The notes under the pieces are model-generated. The model was not told the origin of the DNA. It ran no database searches and was given only the letters and a program-made list of their open reading frames with translations. Position numbers and translations under genes: made by a program. Positions 8,664 to 16,922 of a DNA stretch of 32,000 nucleotides are shown here, piece after piece; the stretch's first letter is position 1; every line of letters begins with the position of its first letter. Source of the stretch: an uncultured Acidobacteriota bacterium (GTDB lineage Bacteria; Acidobacteriota; Vicinamibacteria; Vicinamibacterales; UBA2999); contig CAWBMG010000002.1 in the NCBI GenBank assembly GCA_963789815.1, positions 65,997-97,996 of the forward strand, in the 5' to 3' direction.

Positions 8664-9725
8664 ATGAGGCAGATCAACGTCGGGATTATCGGTACCGGCT
8701 GGTGCGGTGGGATCCGGGCGGTGGCCTGCGCGGCGAGCCCTTGGGTAAAGGAGCTGCACATCGCCGAGATCAAGGAAGAGCGGCTGAGGGAAGTAGCGGG
8801 AATGACCAATCCGCGCACGGCAACGACTGACTACCGCCGCATCATCGAAGACACAGCCGTCGACGCTGTGATGATCTCCACGACCCCAGAGGGGACGCAC
8901 TTCCCGTTCGCCAAAGAAGCCATGCTCGCCGGGAAGCATGTGTTCCTTGAAAAGCCGATCGCGCTCGAGCTCTTGGAGGCCGACGAGCTCATCGCGATCT
9001 CACGTGAGAAGAATCTGTTGTTCACGATTGGCTACTCGCAGCGATTCAACCCGAAGTTCGCGTACGTGAAACGATCTCTCGAGGACGGCACCATCGGGGA
9101 GCCGGTCAGCGCGCTCGTGAGCCGCCACATCACCCGCAGCCTAGGAAAGAAAATCAGCGGTCGCGTAAAGCTATCGCCGGCGGCCATGGAGGCCACTCAC
9201 GACATCGACTTCGTGCTCTGGTGCTTAGCGCCGCGCAAGCCCATTCGGGTGTACGCGCAAGAAGTCAAGAAGATCATGCAATCGCAGTACAACGCATCGG
9301 ATTGTGTCTGGATCGTGGTCACCATGGACGACGGCACCGTGTTCACGATTGGCGCCGGATGGGTGCTGCCGCCGGCGTACCCGAATTTCGCGTCCACCTG
9401 GATTGAGTTCGTTGGCACTGAGGGCGCGGTGATGGTGGATGACACACACCGCGACGTATACGTGACGTCGATGAAGGACGGCATCAGGTTCCCCATCTCG
9501 TCCATGCCTGGCGAAAAGGTCAACCACGTGTACGCCGGGCCTATGGAAGCCGAGACCTTGCACTTCCTTGAAAGTGTCGCCACAGGTAAGCAACCGCTGG
9601 TGACCGCGGAGCACGCGAGGATGGTCATGCAACTGTACCAGGCTGCGGACCAGTCGGCCGAGACCAACCGACCCGTGGAGCTGATCATCACGAGCGAACC
9701 GTCGCTCGCCCCGACGCCCGCGTAG
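8664..9725 (+). CDS. Gfo/Idh/MocA family NAD(P)-dependent oxidoreductase
   Basis: 353 aa: INVGIIGTGWCGGIRAVACAASPWVKELHIAEI (Rossmann fold), VMISTTPEGTHFPFAKEAMLAGKHVFLEKPIAL (EKP motif). Confidence 0.92.
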   Translation: MRQINVGIIGTGWCGGIRAVACAASPWVKELHIAEIKEERLREVAGMTNPRTATTDYRRIIEDTAVDAVMISTTPEGTHFPFAKEAMLAGKHVFLEKPIALELLEADELIAISREKNLLFTIGYSQRFNPKFAYVKRSLEDGTIGEPVSALVSRHITRSLGKKISGRVKLSPAAMEATHDIDFVLWCLAPRKPIRVYAQEVKKIMQSQYNASDCVWIVVTMDDGTVFTIGAGWVLPPAYPNFASTWIEFVGTEGAVMVDDTHRDVYVTSMKDGIRFPISSMPGEKVNHVYAGPMEAETLHFLESVATGKQPLVTAEHARMVMQLYQAADQSAETNRPVELIITSEPSLAPTPA

Positions 9726-9745
9726 ACCGTCAACCCGAGGCACAC

Positions 9746-11090
9746 ATGGAAAGCACCGGCCGCACGGTTGTCGGCGCCTTGGCGCACGCTGCTCAGGACA
9801 GAGCAGCAGCGCGACCGACCCGCACGCGGTGGTGGATGCTAGTCCTGTTCAGTCTCATGTACCTGATCGCGTACCTCGATCGCGGAATCATCTCGGTCGC
9901 GCAGCCCGAGATGAGAGCGTCCTTCGGCCTATCACTCGGTCAAATGGGACTCGTCCTTGCGGCTTTCACATGGGCCTATGCGATCGGTCAAGTGCCGGTT
10001 GGTTGGCTTGGCGACCGGTTTGGTCCGAAAAAGAGTACTAACAGTGCTGCTCGCCTGGACGTCGACGGCAGCTATGCTGACCGGCGCCGCGACCGGCTTG
10101 ACGTCCTTGTTCACTGCGCGTTTCCTGCTTGGCGTCGGCGAAGCCGGTGCCTTCCCGGTCGCCAGCCGGGGCATGCAGCTCTGGTTCGCTCCGTCGGAGC
10201 GCGGGCGCATCCAGGGAATCACTCACTTCTTCAGCCGTTTTGCCGTCGCAATCACGCCGCTCACGGCCGGTGGCCTGCTTGTGGCGTACGGCTGGCGAGC
10301 GATGTTTTTCTTCTTCGGCGCGATCGGGTTTATCTGGGTGCTGGCCTTCGCGTGGTTCTATCGCGAGAGCCCGGAAGATCATCCTCACGTCAACCCCGCG
10401 GAGCTAGCGGAGATTCGCGGCGTGAACCCGGACGGCAGCGTGAAAGGAATGAATCTGTCGAAGCCAAGAACCCCCTGGCGGCAGATTCTGACCGCACCGA
10501 ACATGTGGTGGATTGCGCTCGGCTACTGCTGCTTCTTCTTCGGAACCAACTTCTACTTGACCTGGTACCCGACCTACCTCCGCGAGTATCGAGGCCTCTC
10601 GGTCGCTGCGCTCGGGTTCTGGGGATCGATTCCCCTCGTTGCGGGCATGCTCGGTGATGTCGTCGGGGGATCGCTGTCCGATTTGATCCTCAAGCGGACG
10701 GGCAAGGCGAAGCTGGCACGCCGCGGCATCGCTGCACCCGGCTTCCTGCTCGCCGGAGCGTTCCTCATTCCTGCCGCCATGGCTACGAATGTGACGACCT
10801 CCATCCTCTTCCTCGCGATGTCGTTCTTCTTTCTGGAGTGGGTCATCGGTCCGGCCTGGGCGGTGCCGATGGACGTCGGGGGCCGCTTCAGCGGGACGGT
10901 GACCGGCATCATGAACATGGCCGGTGCACTAGCGGCGTCATTCACACCCATCGTGTACGGCTCCCTCTTCGGACGCGGCTACTGGGTAGCGCCGTTCATG
11001 GTCAGCGCTATCGTGCTGGGCATCGGCGCGCTGATCTGGATGTTCCTGATCGATCCAGACAGGAGCGTCGTGGAAAGGAGGGCGCAATGA
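9746..11090 (+). CDS. MFS transporter (ACS/UhpC-like), reading frame interrupted by a +1 frameshift at an A5 run (10028..10032)
   Basis: ORF 9746..10657 supplies ...MYLIAYLDRGIISVAQPEMRASFGLSLGQMGLVLAAFTWAYAIGQVPVGWLGDRFGPKK. ORF 9957..11090 continues RVLTVLLAWTSTAAMLTGAATGLTSLFTARFLLGVGEAGAFP... to the C-terminus. Confidence 0.85.
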
Positions 11091-11109
11091 AGGGCTTCCG
11101 CCGGTGGCC

Positions 11110-11697
11110 CTACTTCGACGACTGCGCGTGCGTCCATGCTCGATAGTTCTTCGGCACGTCCAACGCCTTCAGCTTCTTCCATGCCTTCATCGCCTGTTCG
11201 CGAGTCGCCCCCTTCTCGGCAGCCAGAAAGTCGCTCATGAAATTGATATACCTTCCGTGTGGAATCTGCGCGAATCGCTGCTCGGTCTGGTTGAGTCGAA
11301 CATATTCTTCGACCAGGTCTCGATACGTGAGTTTCACCCCATTGACGAGCTGCTCTTCTCGCCAGCGATTGAAACGGTAGCGAACGCCGGATTTTCGCTT
11401 CAGACCCGGAACGCACTTTCGAGCCTCGCGCTCTAGAAACGACTTGGTCTCCTTATCGTTTGTATAGCGCACCACTGCGAGTTCGAGGCTCAGACCTCGT
11501 TCCACGTCCTTGATACCGGAGGTCGATAGGTTTCTCTTGGTGGGGTTCCTGGCCTTGCCTGTCACCAGGAAGGACCTGATTGCTCTCTCGAGCTCATCCT
11601 TCCGGAGCTTACTTGCCGACGGGATCCCGATCGCCTTTCCGAACTCCTTCAGCTGGATCGCGTACCAATACCCATTCTCGAACTGGCTCAAGGTCAT
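11110..11697 (-). CDS. SAP domain-containing protein
   Basis: MTLSQFENGYWYAIQLKEFGKAIGIPSASKLRKDELERAIRSFLVTGK (SAP-like motif), then a basic conserved region ending KAWKKLKALDVPKNYRAWTHAQSSK. Confidence 0.75.
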   Translation of the reverse strand: MTLSQFENGYWYAIQLKEFGKAIGIPSASKLRKDELERAIRSFLVTGKARNPTKRNLSTSGIKDVERGLSLELAVVRYTNDKETKSFLEREARKCVPGLKRKSGVRYRFNRWREEQLVNGVKLTYRDLVEEYVRLNQTEQRFAQIPHGRYINFMSDFLAAEKGATREQAMKAWKKLKALDVPKNYRAWTHAQSSK

Positions 11698-11826
11698 CGA
11701 CGTCGATAACTTCGTTCTCCGATTCACAGGGGCTCCATCGCTGGCGTCGTCATTCCCGGGTCGCTCTTGGTCTCGTCGGTCGTACGGATTCTGGCACCCA
11801 AACCGTAAACTTGCCACATCACGCAC

Positions 11827-12585
11827 ATGCGTCAGGTTCTTTACGACCGAATTGGCAGGGCGTACACCTCGACGCGGCATCCCGACCCCAGGATTGCCGC
11901 GGCAATCATGAACGCGCTCGGCGACTCTCACAGGGTGATCAACGTCGGAGCCGGCGCTGGTGCGTACGAGCCCACTGATCGCTCGATTGTCGCGGTAGAG
12001 CCTTCGGCCCGCATGATTCGCCAAAGGAAAGCTGGGGCAGCCTTCGTCGTTCAGGCATCGGCTGAGGCCCTTCCCTTCCGAGATGACACGTTTGACGCCG
12101 CGCTCGCGTTGCTGACAGTGCATCACTGGACGGATTGGCGCCGCGGCTTCGACGAGATGAGACGAGTGGCAGATCGCCTCGTGGCCTTCACCTTCGAGCC
12201 CGGTGACGTCGGCAATTTTTGGCTCACCGATACCTACTTTCCCGAGATCGTCGAGCTCATTCGCGGACGGTGTCCGTCAGTCGCTGATCTCGTGCGCCAC
12301 CTGGGTGAGTGCAGAGTGGACCGGGTCGCTATACCGCACGACTGCGCCGATGGATTCCTCGCCGCGTATTGGCGGCGACCCGAGGCCTATCTCGATCCAC
12401 GGGTACGAGCGGGGATCTCGGGCTTTGCGCTCCTCGACCAAGACGTGGTCGCACGCGGCATTGCGCGTCTCAGGAGAGATCTCGAATCCGGGGCCTGGGA
12501 GGATCAGTTCGGCCACATTCGGCGGCTCGAGGAGCTCGATGTGTGCTACCGACTCTTGGTCACTGACCGGAGTCTCCAGCAATGA
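11827..12585 (+). CDS. Class I SAM-dependent methyltransferase
   Basis: RVINVGAGAGAYEPTDRSIVAVEPSARMIRQR (motif I/II), EALPFRDDTFDAALALLTVHHWTDWRRGFDEMRRV. Confidence 0.9.
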   Translation: MRQVLYDRIGRAYTSTRHPDPRIAAAIMNALGDSHRVINVGAGAGAYEPTDRSIVAVEPSARMIRQRKAGAAFVVQASAEALPFRDDTFDAALALLTVHHWTDWRRGFDEMRRVADRLVAFTFEPGDVGNFWLTDTYFPEIVELIRGRCPSVADLVRHLGECRVDRVAIPHDCADGFLAAYWRRPEAYLDPRVRAGISGFALLDQDVVARGIARLRRDLESGAWEDQFGHIRRLEELDVCYRLLVTDRSLQQ

Positions 12586-12644
12586 CCTTGCCACCCCCAT
12601 CGCGCTTGCGCGGCGCCCGGTGAGGCAGGTATCCTGACCTCTCC

Positions 12645-12719
12645 ATGTCGTCGCGGTGCCTGCGCGTCGTCCTCGCGGTTCTCGTCCTTACCGGGACGAG
12701 CGGGGACGGCCGCGTGTAG
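12645..12719 (+). other. Putative branched-chain leader peptide micro-ORF (24 aa, MSSRCLRVVLAVLVLTGTSGDGRV)
   Basis: ATG...TAG ORF with VVLAVLVL. Its Val/Leu codons overlap a 7-bp hairpin, and it ends 78 nt before the candidate start (12798) of a branched-chain aminotransferase gene. Confidence 0.35.
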
Positions 12720-12770
12720 GCACACGACGGCGAACCCCGGCTCGACGAGCCGCGGGTTCATGGTGAATCC
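12681..12770 (+). promoter_or_regulatory. Mutually exclusive hairpins (attenuator-like) upstream of the branched-chain aminotransferase
   Basis: Arm 1 CTCGTCC (12681-12687) pairs with arm 2 GGACGAG (12694-12700). GAGCGGGG (12698-12705) can instead pair with CCCCgGCTC (12735-12743). AACCCCGGCTC (12733-12743) pairs with GAGCCG-c-GGGTT (12747-12758). GGGTTCA (12754-12760) can pair with TGAATCC (12764-12770). Confidence 0.35.
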
Positions 12771-12797
12771 CTCGGCTGTCCTGCCCTAGACGCAAGG

Positions 12798-13719
12798 ATG
12801 CCGCCGATGGAATCCGTCATCTACTTCAACCGCGCAGTTTCGGCCTGAACGAGAAGCTACAATCTCGGTACGATCGCGCGCCCTAAACTACGGTCTCGGA
12901 TGCTTCGCCGGAATTCGCGGCTATAAGACCGACGACGGCCGTCAGGTCCACGTGTTTCGCCTCGATCGCCATGTGCGCCGACTGGAGCACTCTGCGCGGA
13001 TCTTGCGGCTGCGTCTATCGGGCCCCCCGTCAGAAATTGCCGACGTGATCGTCGAGCTATTGCGGCGAAACGAGATGCGCGGCGACGTCTACATTCGTCC
13101 GATCGTCTTCGCGAACTCCAACGAGCTCTCGCCCCTGCTGGACCCGGACACCAGCGAAACGGCGATCTTCTGCATGCCGATCGGACGGTACCTGTCAGCC
13201 GAGCCGATCGACGTGTGCGTCTCGAGTTGGTGGCGTGTGCGAGAGAACGCCATCCCCGCGCGCGCGAAGGCCACCGGCGGGTATCTGAACAGCGCGCTCG
13301 CCCGCCGAGAGGCCATGGACAACGGCTACACGGAAGCTATTCTGCTGACGGAGGACGGCCACGTGTCGGAAGGCTCAGCCGAGCACGTGTTTATCGTGCG
13401 CGACGGTCAGCTGATCTCGCCGCCGAGCACGGCCGACAACCTGGACGGGATCACACGTCAGAGCCTTATCACGCTCGCGCGCGAGGAGCTCGACATCCCA
13501 TTCGTGGAACGACCGATCGGGCGTACCGAGCTGTACGTCGCCGAGGAAGTCTTTCTGTGCGGGACAGGTGCCGAGGTCACCCCGGTGCGCTCGGTCGATC
13601 GGCGACAGGTCGGCGACGGCGTGATCGGGCCAATCACCAGGCGTCTGTCTGAGCACTTCGAAGCGGTCGTTCGCGGCCGCGTGCCCAAGCGAGCCGACTG
13701 GCTCACGCCAGTCTGGTAG
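12798..13719 (+). CDS. ilvE: Branched-chain amino acid aminotransferase (class IV, IlvE-like), with a +1 frameshift near 12831..12834
   Basis: N-terminus MPPMESVIYFN in frame from 12798. After one extra base the frame continues QFRPEREATISVRSRALNYGLGCFAGIRGYKTDDGRQVHVFRLDRHVRRLEHSARILRL...GYLNSALARREAMDNGYTEAILLTEDGHVSEGSAEHVFIV...ELYVAEEVFLCGTGAEVTPVRSVDRR. Confidence 0.85.
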
Positions 13720-13731
13720 GCGAAAGAAGAC

Positions 13732-13798
13732 ATGATGATCATGGGGGACTACTTCAGAGCAGGCATGACGAACGCTGTCAATCAGAACCTTCCGCCGG
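13732..13798 (+). pseudogene. Remnant of the 3' end of a carboxymuconolactone-decarboxylase-family gene, similar to 25443..25512
   Basis: 67 nt align to 25443..25512 with 6 mismatches and one 3-nt gap by eye. Encoded MMIMGDYFRAGMTNAVNQNLPPG compares with MMIMGDYFRVGFMMNAVDQHLPPE. Confidence 0.7.
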
Positions 13799-13916
13799 GA
13801 CGCGCGGCCCAGAGGGCTGGTCGCTCCTTCTCATGACGATGATCGTCTCATCATCCAGAGGCTCTCCGTGTTCGCGAAAGGCACGGAGCGCTGATACGAG
13901 TTGAGTGCCGAGAGCT

Positions 13917-14579
13917 TCAGCGGAGGTGGATGTCAAGCGCGCGCGCCATATTCATCAGGCCGTCCCGACCGAGTTCATTTCCAGCCGGACTCGTGGCTTC
14001 GGAAACGCCGTCGCTATACAGCACGATAAGGTCGCCTGATTGCGGTTTGACGACTAACCGGAGGTAGGTGACGTCGGCGAGCAGGCCAAGCGGTACACCG
14101 GCCGGTCGCTCTCGCTCGGTTGCGCGTTGCGTCTCAAGCCAGCTCCACTCGTCGCGCGAGGCACGATACCAGAGAGGCGGCGGGTGCCCAGCGTTGGTCA
14201 TGACCACCAGACCCCGACGACCGTGCCACCCGAGCGCCACCATCGTGGCGTAGTGCGCGTCGCCCAGTTCTGCGCGAAGCGCGTGATTGAGATCGCGCAT
14301 CAATGCGGTCTGCTCCAGAGCGCGAAGGTATTGCTGCATGAGCGCTCGAAGTTTCTCGCTGAAAACGGCCACTGCCCGCCCGTGGCCACTCACATCGGCA
14401 AGCGCGATCCGCGAGACGATGCAACTCGGGCAGACTGACACGTAGTGGACATCGCCTCCGGCGCGACCCGGCCCTACTGGCACAGAATGCACCCATGCCG
14501 TCAAACCTGGAAGTTCGACCAGACTCGCGGTCCGCTTGTTACTGGCCCATGTTTCTGCACACTCGAGATGCCTCGTCAT
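13917..14579 (-). CDS. PP2C/SpoIIE-type protein serine/threonine phosphatase
   Basis: 220 aa: GGDVHYVSVCPSCIVSRIALADVSGHGRAVAVFSEKLRALM...ATMVALGWHGRRGLVVMTNAGHPPPLWYR...GVPLGLLADVTY...GDLIVLYSDGVSEA. Confidence 0.85.
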   Translation of the reverse strand: MTRHLECAETWASNKRTASLVELPGLTAWVHSVPVGPGRAGGDVHYVSVCPSCIVSRIALADVSGHGRAVAVFSEKLRALMQQYLRALEQTALMRDLNHALRAELGDAHYATMVALGWHGRRGLVVMTNAGHPPPLWYRASRDEWSWLETQRATERERPAGVPLGLLADVTYLRLVVKPQSGDLIVLYSDGVSEATSPAGNELGRDGLMNMARALDIHLR

Positions 14580-14593
14580 CGACCGCAGCCTGA

Positions 14594-16825
14594 TTAGGTT
14601 AGTCGCTGCGTCGGTTCTGTATCCCGATCATCCGACGGCGTCAGCGCGACCTGCAGGTAGACGAACGATGTGCCGCTGTGCAGGTAGTTCTCGATTCGGC
14701 TCAGAACGGCGGCGTTTCGGAACCACAGCGAACTCGTGTCTCGTAGCCGTTCCTCAATCAACGTCGAAAGGAGCTGAAATCCGGCCGCGATCGCACGCGT
14801 TCGTAACAAGTCCAGCAGGTAGTTCTCGAGCTCGACGTCGTTCTGCGCGGTCGGCGACGTGGCCATCGCCTGTAGGTAGAACGTATTGTTCTCGCCGAAG
14901 TGGGGATCGGAGTCGACCCCCTCCTCGTCGTGGTTCTCCAGCGGGCTGCCGAGTGCGTAGCCCACGAACCGTGATGAGACGCGGTCACGCAAGGCAATCC
15001 CAATCGCGCGAAGGTTCGACGCGGTGGTCTCGAGCGTTTCGAGTGGAAATTGCAGCAGGGGTCGTCGTCCGATGCGCAACACATCCGATGGGTACTTCAC
15101 AGTCGCACCGTAGCGCTCCTGTTCCACGGCAAGAACTTGTAGCTTGTGGGTCTCGAAGGTGGCCTGTGTGATATCGATGACCTCCAGCGTGTCGAGGGGA
15201 ATTTCCAACGTGCCGATCCGAACCTCCAGGGCGGATGTGGCGTCCGAGGCCACGCGTCCACCAACGAGATCTTCGAGGGCCAGGCGAAGAATCGCCAGCG
15301 CCTCGTCGATGGCCGACGGTTCGGTGTCATACCGCGGATAGAAGCGCAGGACGCGTTCGCCGGCCGGCAAGAGCACCAGGCCACGCCGGAATGCACGGTC
15401 GCGTAGCACGTCGCGCCAGTCGGCGCGCAGCACGTCGAACGCCAGCATGACACCGGCGCCGCGCACATTCTTGACGATCTGACGGTAATCGCGCGCCAGC
15501 GCCATGAGCCCCTGTCTCGCCCGCTGGCCGGTGCGCTGCACCTGATCGAGATCCAGCTTGTCCAGCAGGGCCAGCAGCCGCACCATACCCACCGAGTCTC
15601 CCTCCCACGTGGTGTTGAACTTCTTTTCCTCTTGGAAGAACGTGGCCAGGTCCTCGCTGACGAAAAGGACCCCGTTCTGGGCTTTCTTGGCCCAGGTCAC
15701 CACGTCGGGCGGACAGGGCAGGTCGAAGAGCTCGTGTGCCCACAGGCGGCCCGTCATGCCCCAGCCGGTTTGAACTTCATCGAAGATGAGCGGCACGTCG
15801 TAAATCCTCGTCAACAGCCGCAGCTTCCGCATGAACCGTGCGCTCACCAGACGCACGCCACCTTCGCCTTGAATCGGCTCGACGAGCACAGCCGCGACGC
15901 GACGCGCTCGCCGAACGACGTCGGGCGCTAGGTTCGCGCGCTGCGCGTCCACGAACGCCTTGAGGTCCGGGTCAGGCCGCGCAAGAAATTCGTCGAGCGC
16001 GTCCATTTCCCGCTTGTAGGTATCGATGAGTTTCTCCGCTCGCGGCAATCGTCCGGATACCAGCAGATCCCACAGTTGCTTCAGGCTGCGTTCCTCCCTG
16101 CGCGCGGTTGCCTTGGGTGCGTCAGGTTCCTCGAATGGAAACGCGATGTGCGGCCAGTCGAACGTGGGAAACCCGAGTCGCGCCTTCTTTCGGTGCGTAA
16201 CCGCCAGACTGCCCAGCGTCCGGCCATGAAAGGCTCCTTCGAACGACACGATGAACCCACCGTTACCGTCTTCCGACGTTTTCACGCGATTCAGGAGGAC
16301 CGACTTAATCGCGTTCTCGACCGCTTCGGCGCCCGTGTTCACCACGAAATGGCGGGGTGTTCCTACTGGCGCGATTCGGTTCAGTTCGGCCTTGAGGCGA
16401 AGGGACAGCGTGGTCTGGTACTCGGAATGCGCGTAGCGCGAGGTGACGAAGGGCAGCGATTCCAGTATCGCGCGGACTACCTCGGGATCGTTTTCGCCGA
16501 AGGCGCTCGTCGCGATCAACGCACCCATATCGAGGAAACAGTACGGCCGGCCGCCGGCATCTCGATCAACGGCGGCAAGATAGGGTCCGACGGATTCTGC
16601 AGGATCGAATGCCACAGGCAACGAAAAGAACAGACTCCGCGAAGCCTCTTTGAGCGCGGCATGTGAAGCCGGCAGCAATTCCTCGATCAGCCCTTCGAGC
16701 CCCCGCTCGCTATCGTGCAACCCTTCTGGCACGTAGGCCTGAAGCCCGCCGGCTCGGTATCGCGCGTTCAGATGAATGACGCGCTCAAGAAACGTCGTGA
16801 CGTGCGAGAGGTCGCCGTCAAACAC
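14594..16825 (-). CDS. Class III (lysine 6-transaminase-like) PLP aminotransferase with ~190-aa C-terminal extension
   Basis: 743 aa: FVVNTGAEAVENAIKSVLLNR, SFEGAFHGRTLGSLAVTHRKKARLGFP, AAVLVEPIQGEGGVR, PLIFDEVQTGWGMTGRLWAHELF, PDVVTWAKKAQNGVLFV (probable PLP lysine). The extension starts near SALEVRIGTLEIPLDTLEVID. Confidence 0.85.
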   Translation of the reverse strand: MFDGDLSHVTTFLERVIHLNARYRAGGLQAYVPEGLHDSERGLEGLIEELLPASHAALKEASRSLFFSLPVAFDPAESVGPYLAAVDRDAGGRPYCFLDMGALIATSAFGENDPEVVRAILESLPFVTSRYAHSEYQTTLSLRLKAELNRIAPVGTPRHFVVNTGAEAVENAIKSVLLNRVKTSEDGNGGFIVSFEGAFHGRTLGSLAVTHRKKARLGFPTFDWPHIAFPFEEPDAPKATARREERSLKQLWDLLVSGRLPRAEKLIDTYKREMDALDEFLARPDPDLKAFVDAQRANLAPDVVRRARRVAAVLVEPIQGEGGVRLVSARFMRKLRLLTRIYDVPLIFDEVQTGWGMTGRLWAHELFDLPCPPDVVTWAKKAQNGVLFVSEDLATFFQEEKKFNTTWEGDSVGMVRLLALLDKLDLDQVQRTGQRARQGLMALARDYRQIVKNVRGAGVMLAFDVLRADWRDVLRDRAFRRGLVLLPAGERVLRFYPRYDTEPSAIDEALAILRLALEDLVGGRVASDATSALEVRIGTLEIPLDTLEVIDITQATFETHKLQVLAVEQERYGATVKYPSDVLRIGRRPLLQFPLETLETTASNLRAIGIALRDRVSSRFVGYALGSPLENHDEEGVDSDPHFGENNTFYLQAMATSPTAQNDVELENYLLDLLRTRAIAAGFQLLSTLIEERLRDTSSLWFRNAAVLSRIENYLHSGTSFVYLQVALTPSDDRDTEPTQRLT

Positions 16826-16922
16826 GAATCACGCCTCGTGGCACCAAGTGTTACACGGATTTTCCACGTCATTGACCTTCATGTCGGCCGCGTCTGTTCT
16901 AACTCTACAACTGGAGGTGTAG

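Noticed and set aside
12733-12758. Hairpin AACCCCGGCTC-GAC-GAGCCGcGGGTT as an intrinsic terminator of the methyltransferase gene
   Set aside because: No following U-tract and ~150 nt past the stop codon. Reported only as part of the leader-like structure.
12546-12761. 71-aa minus-strand ORF in the intergenic region before the aminotransferase
   Set aside because: Proline/arginine-rich with no motif. The plus-strand micro-ORF and hairpins explain this region at least as well.
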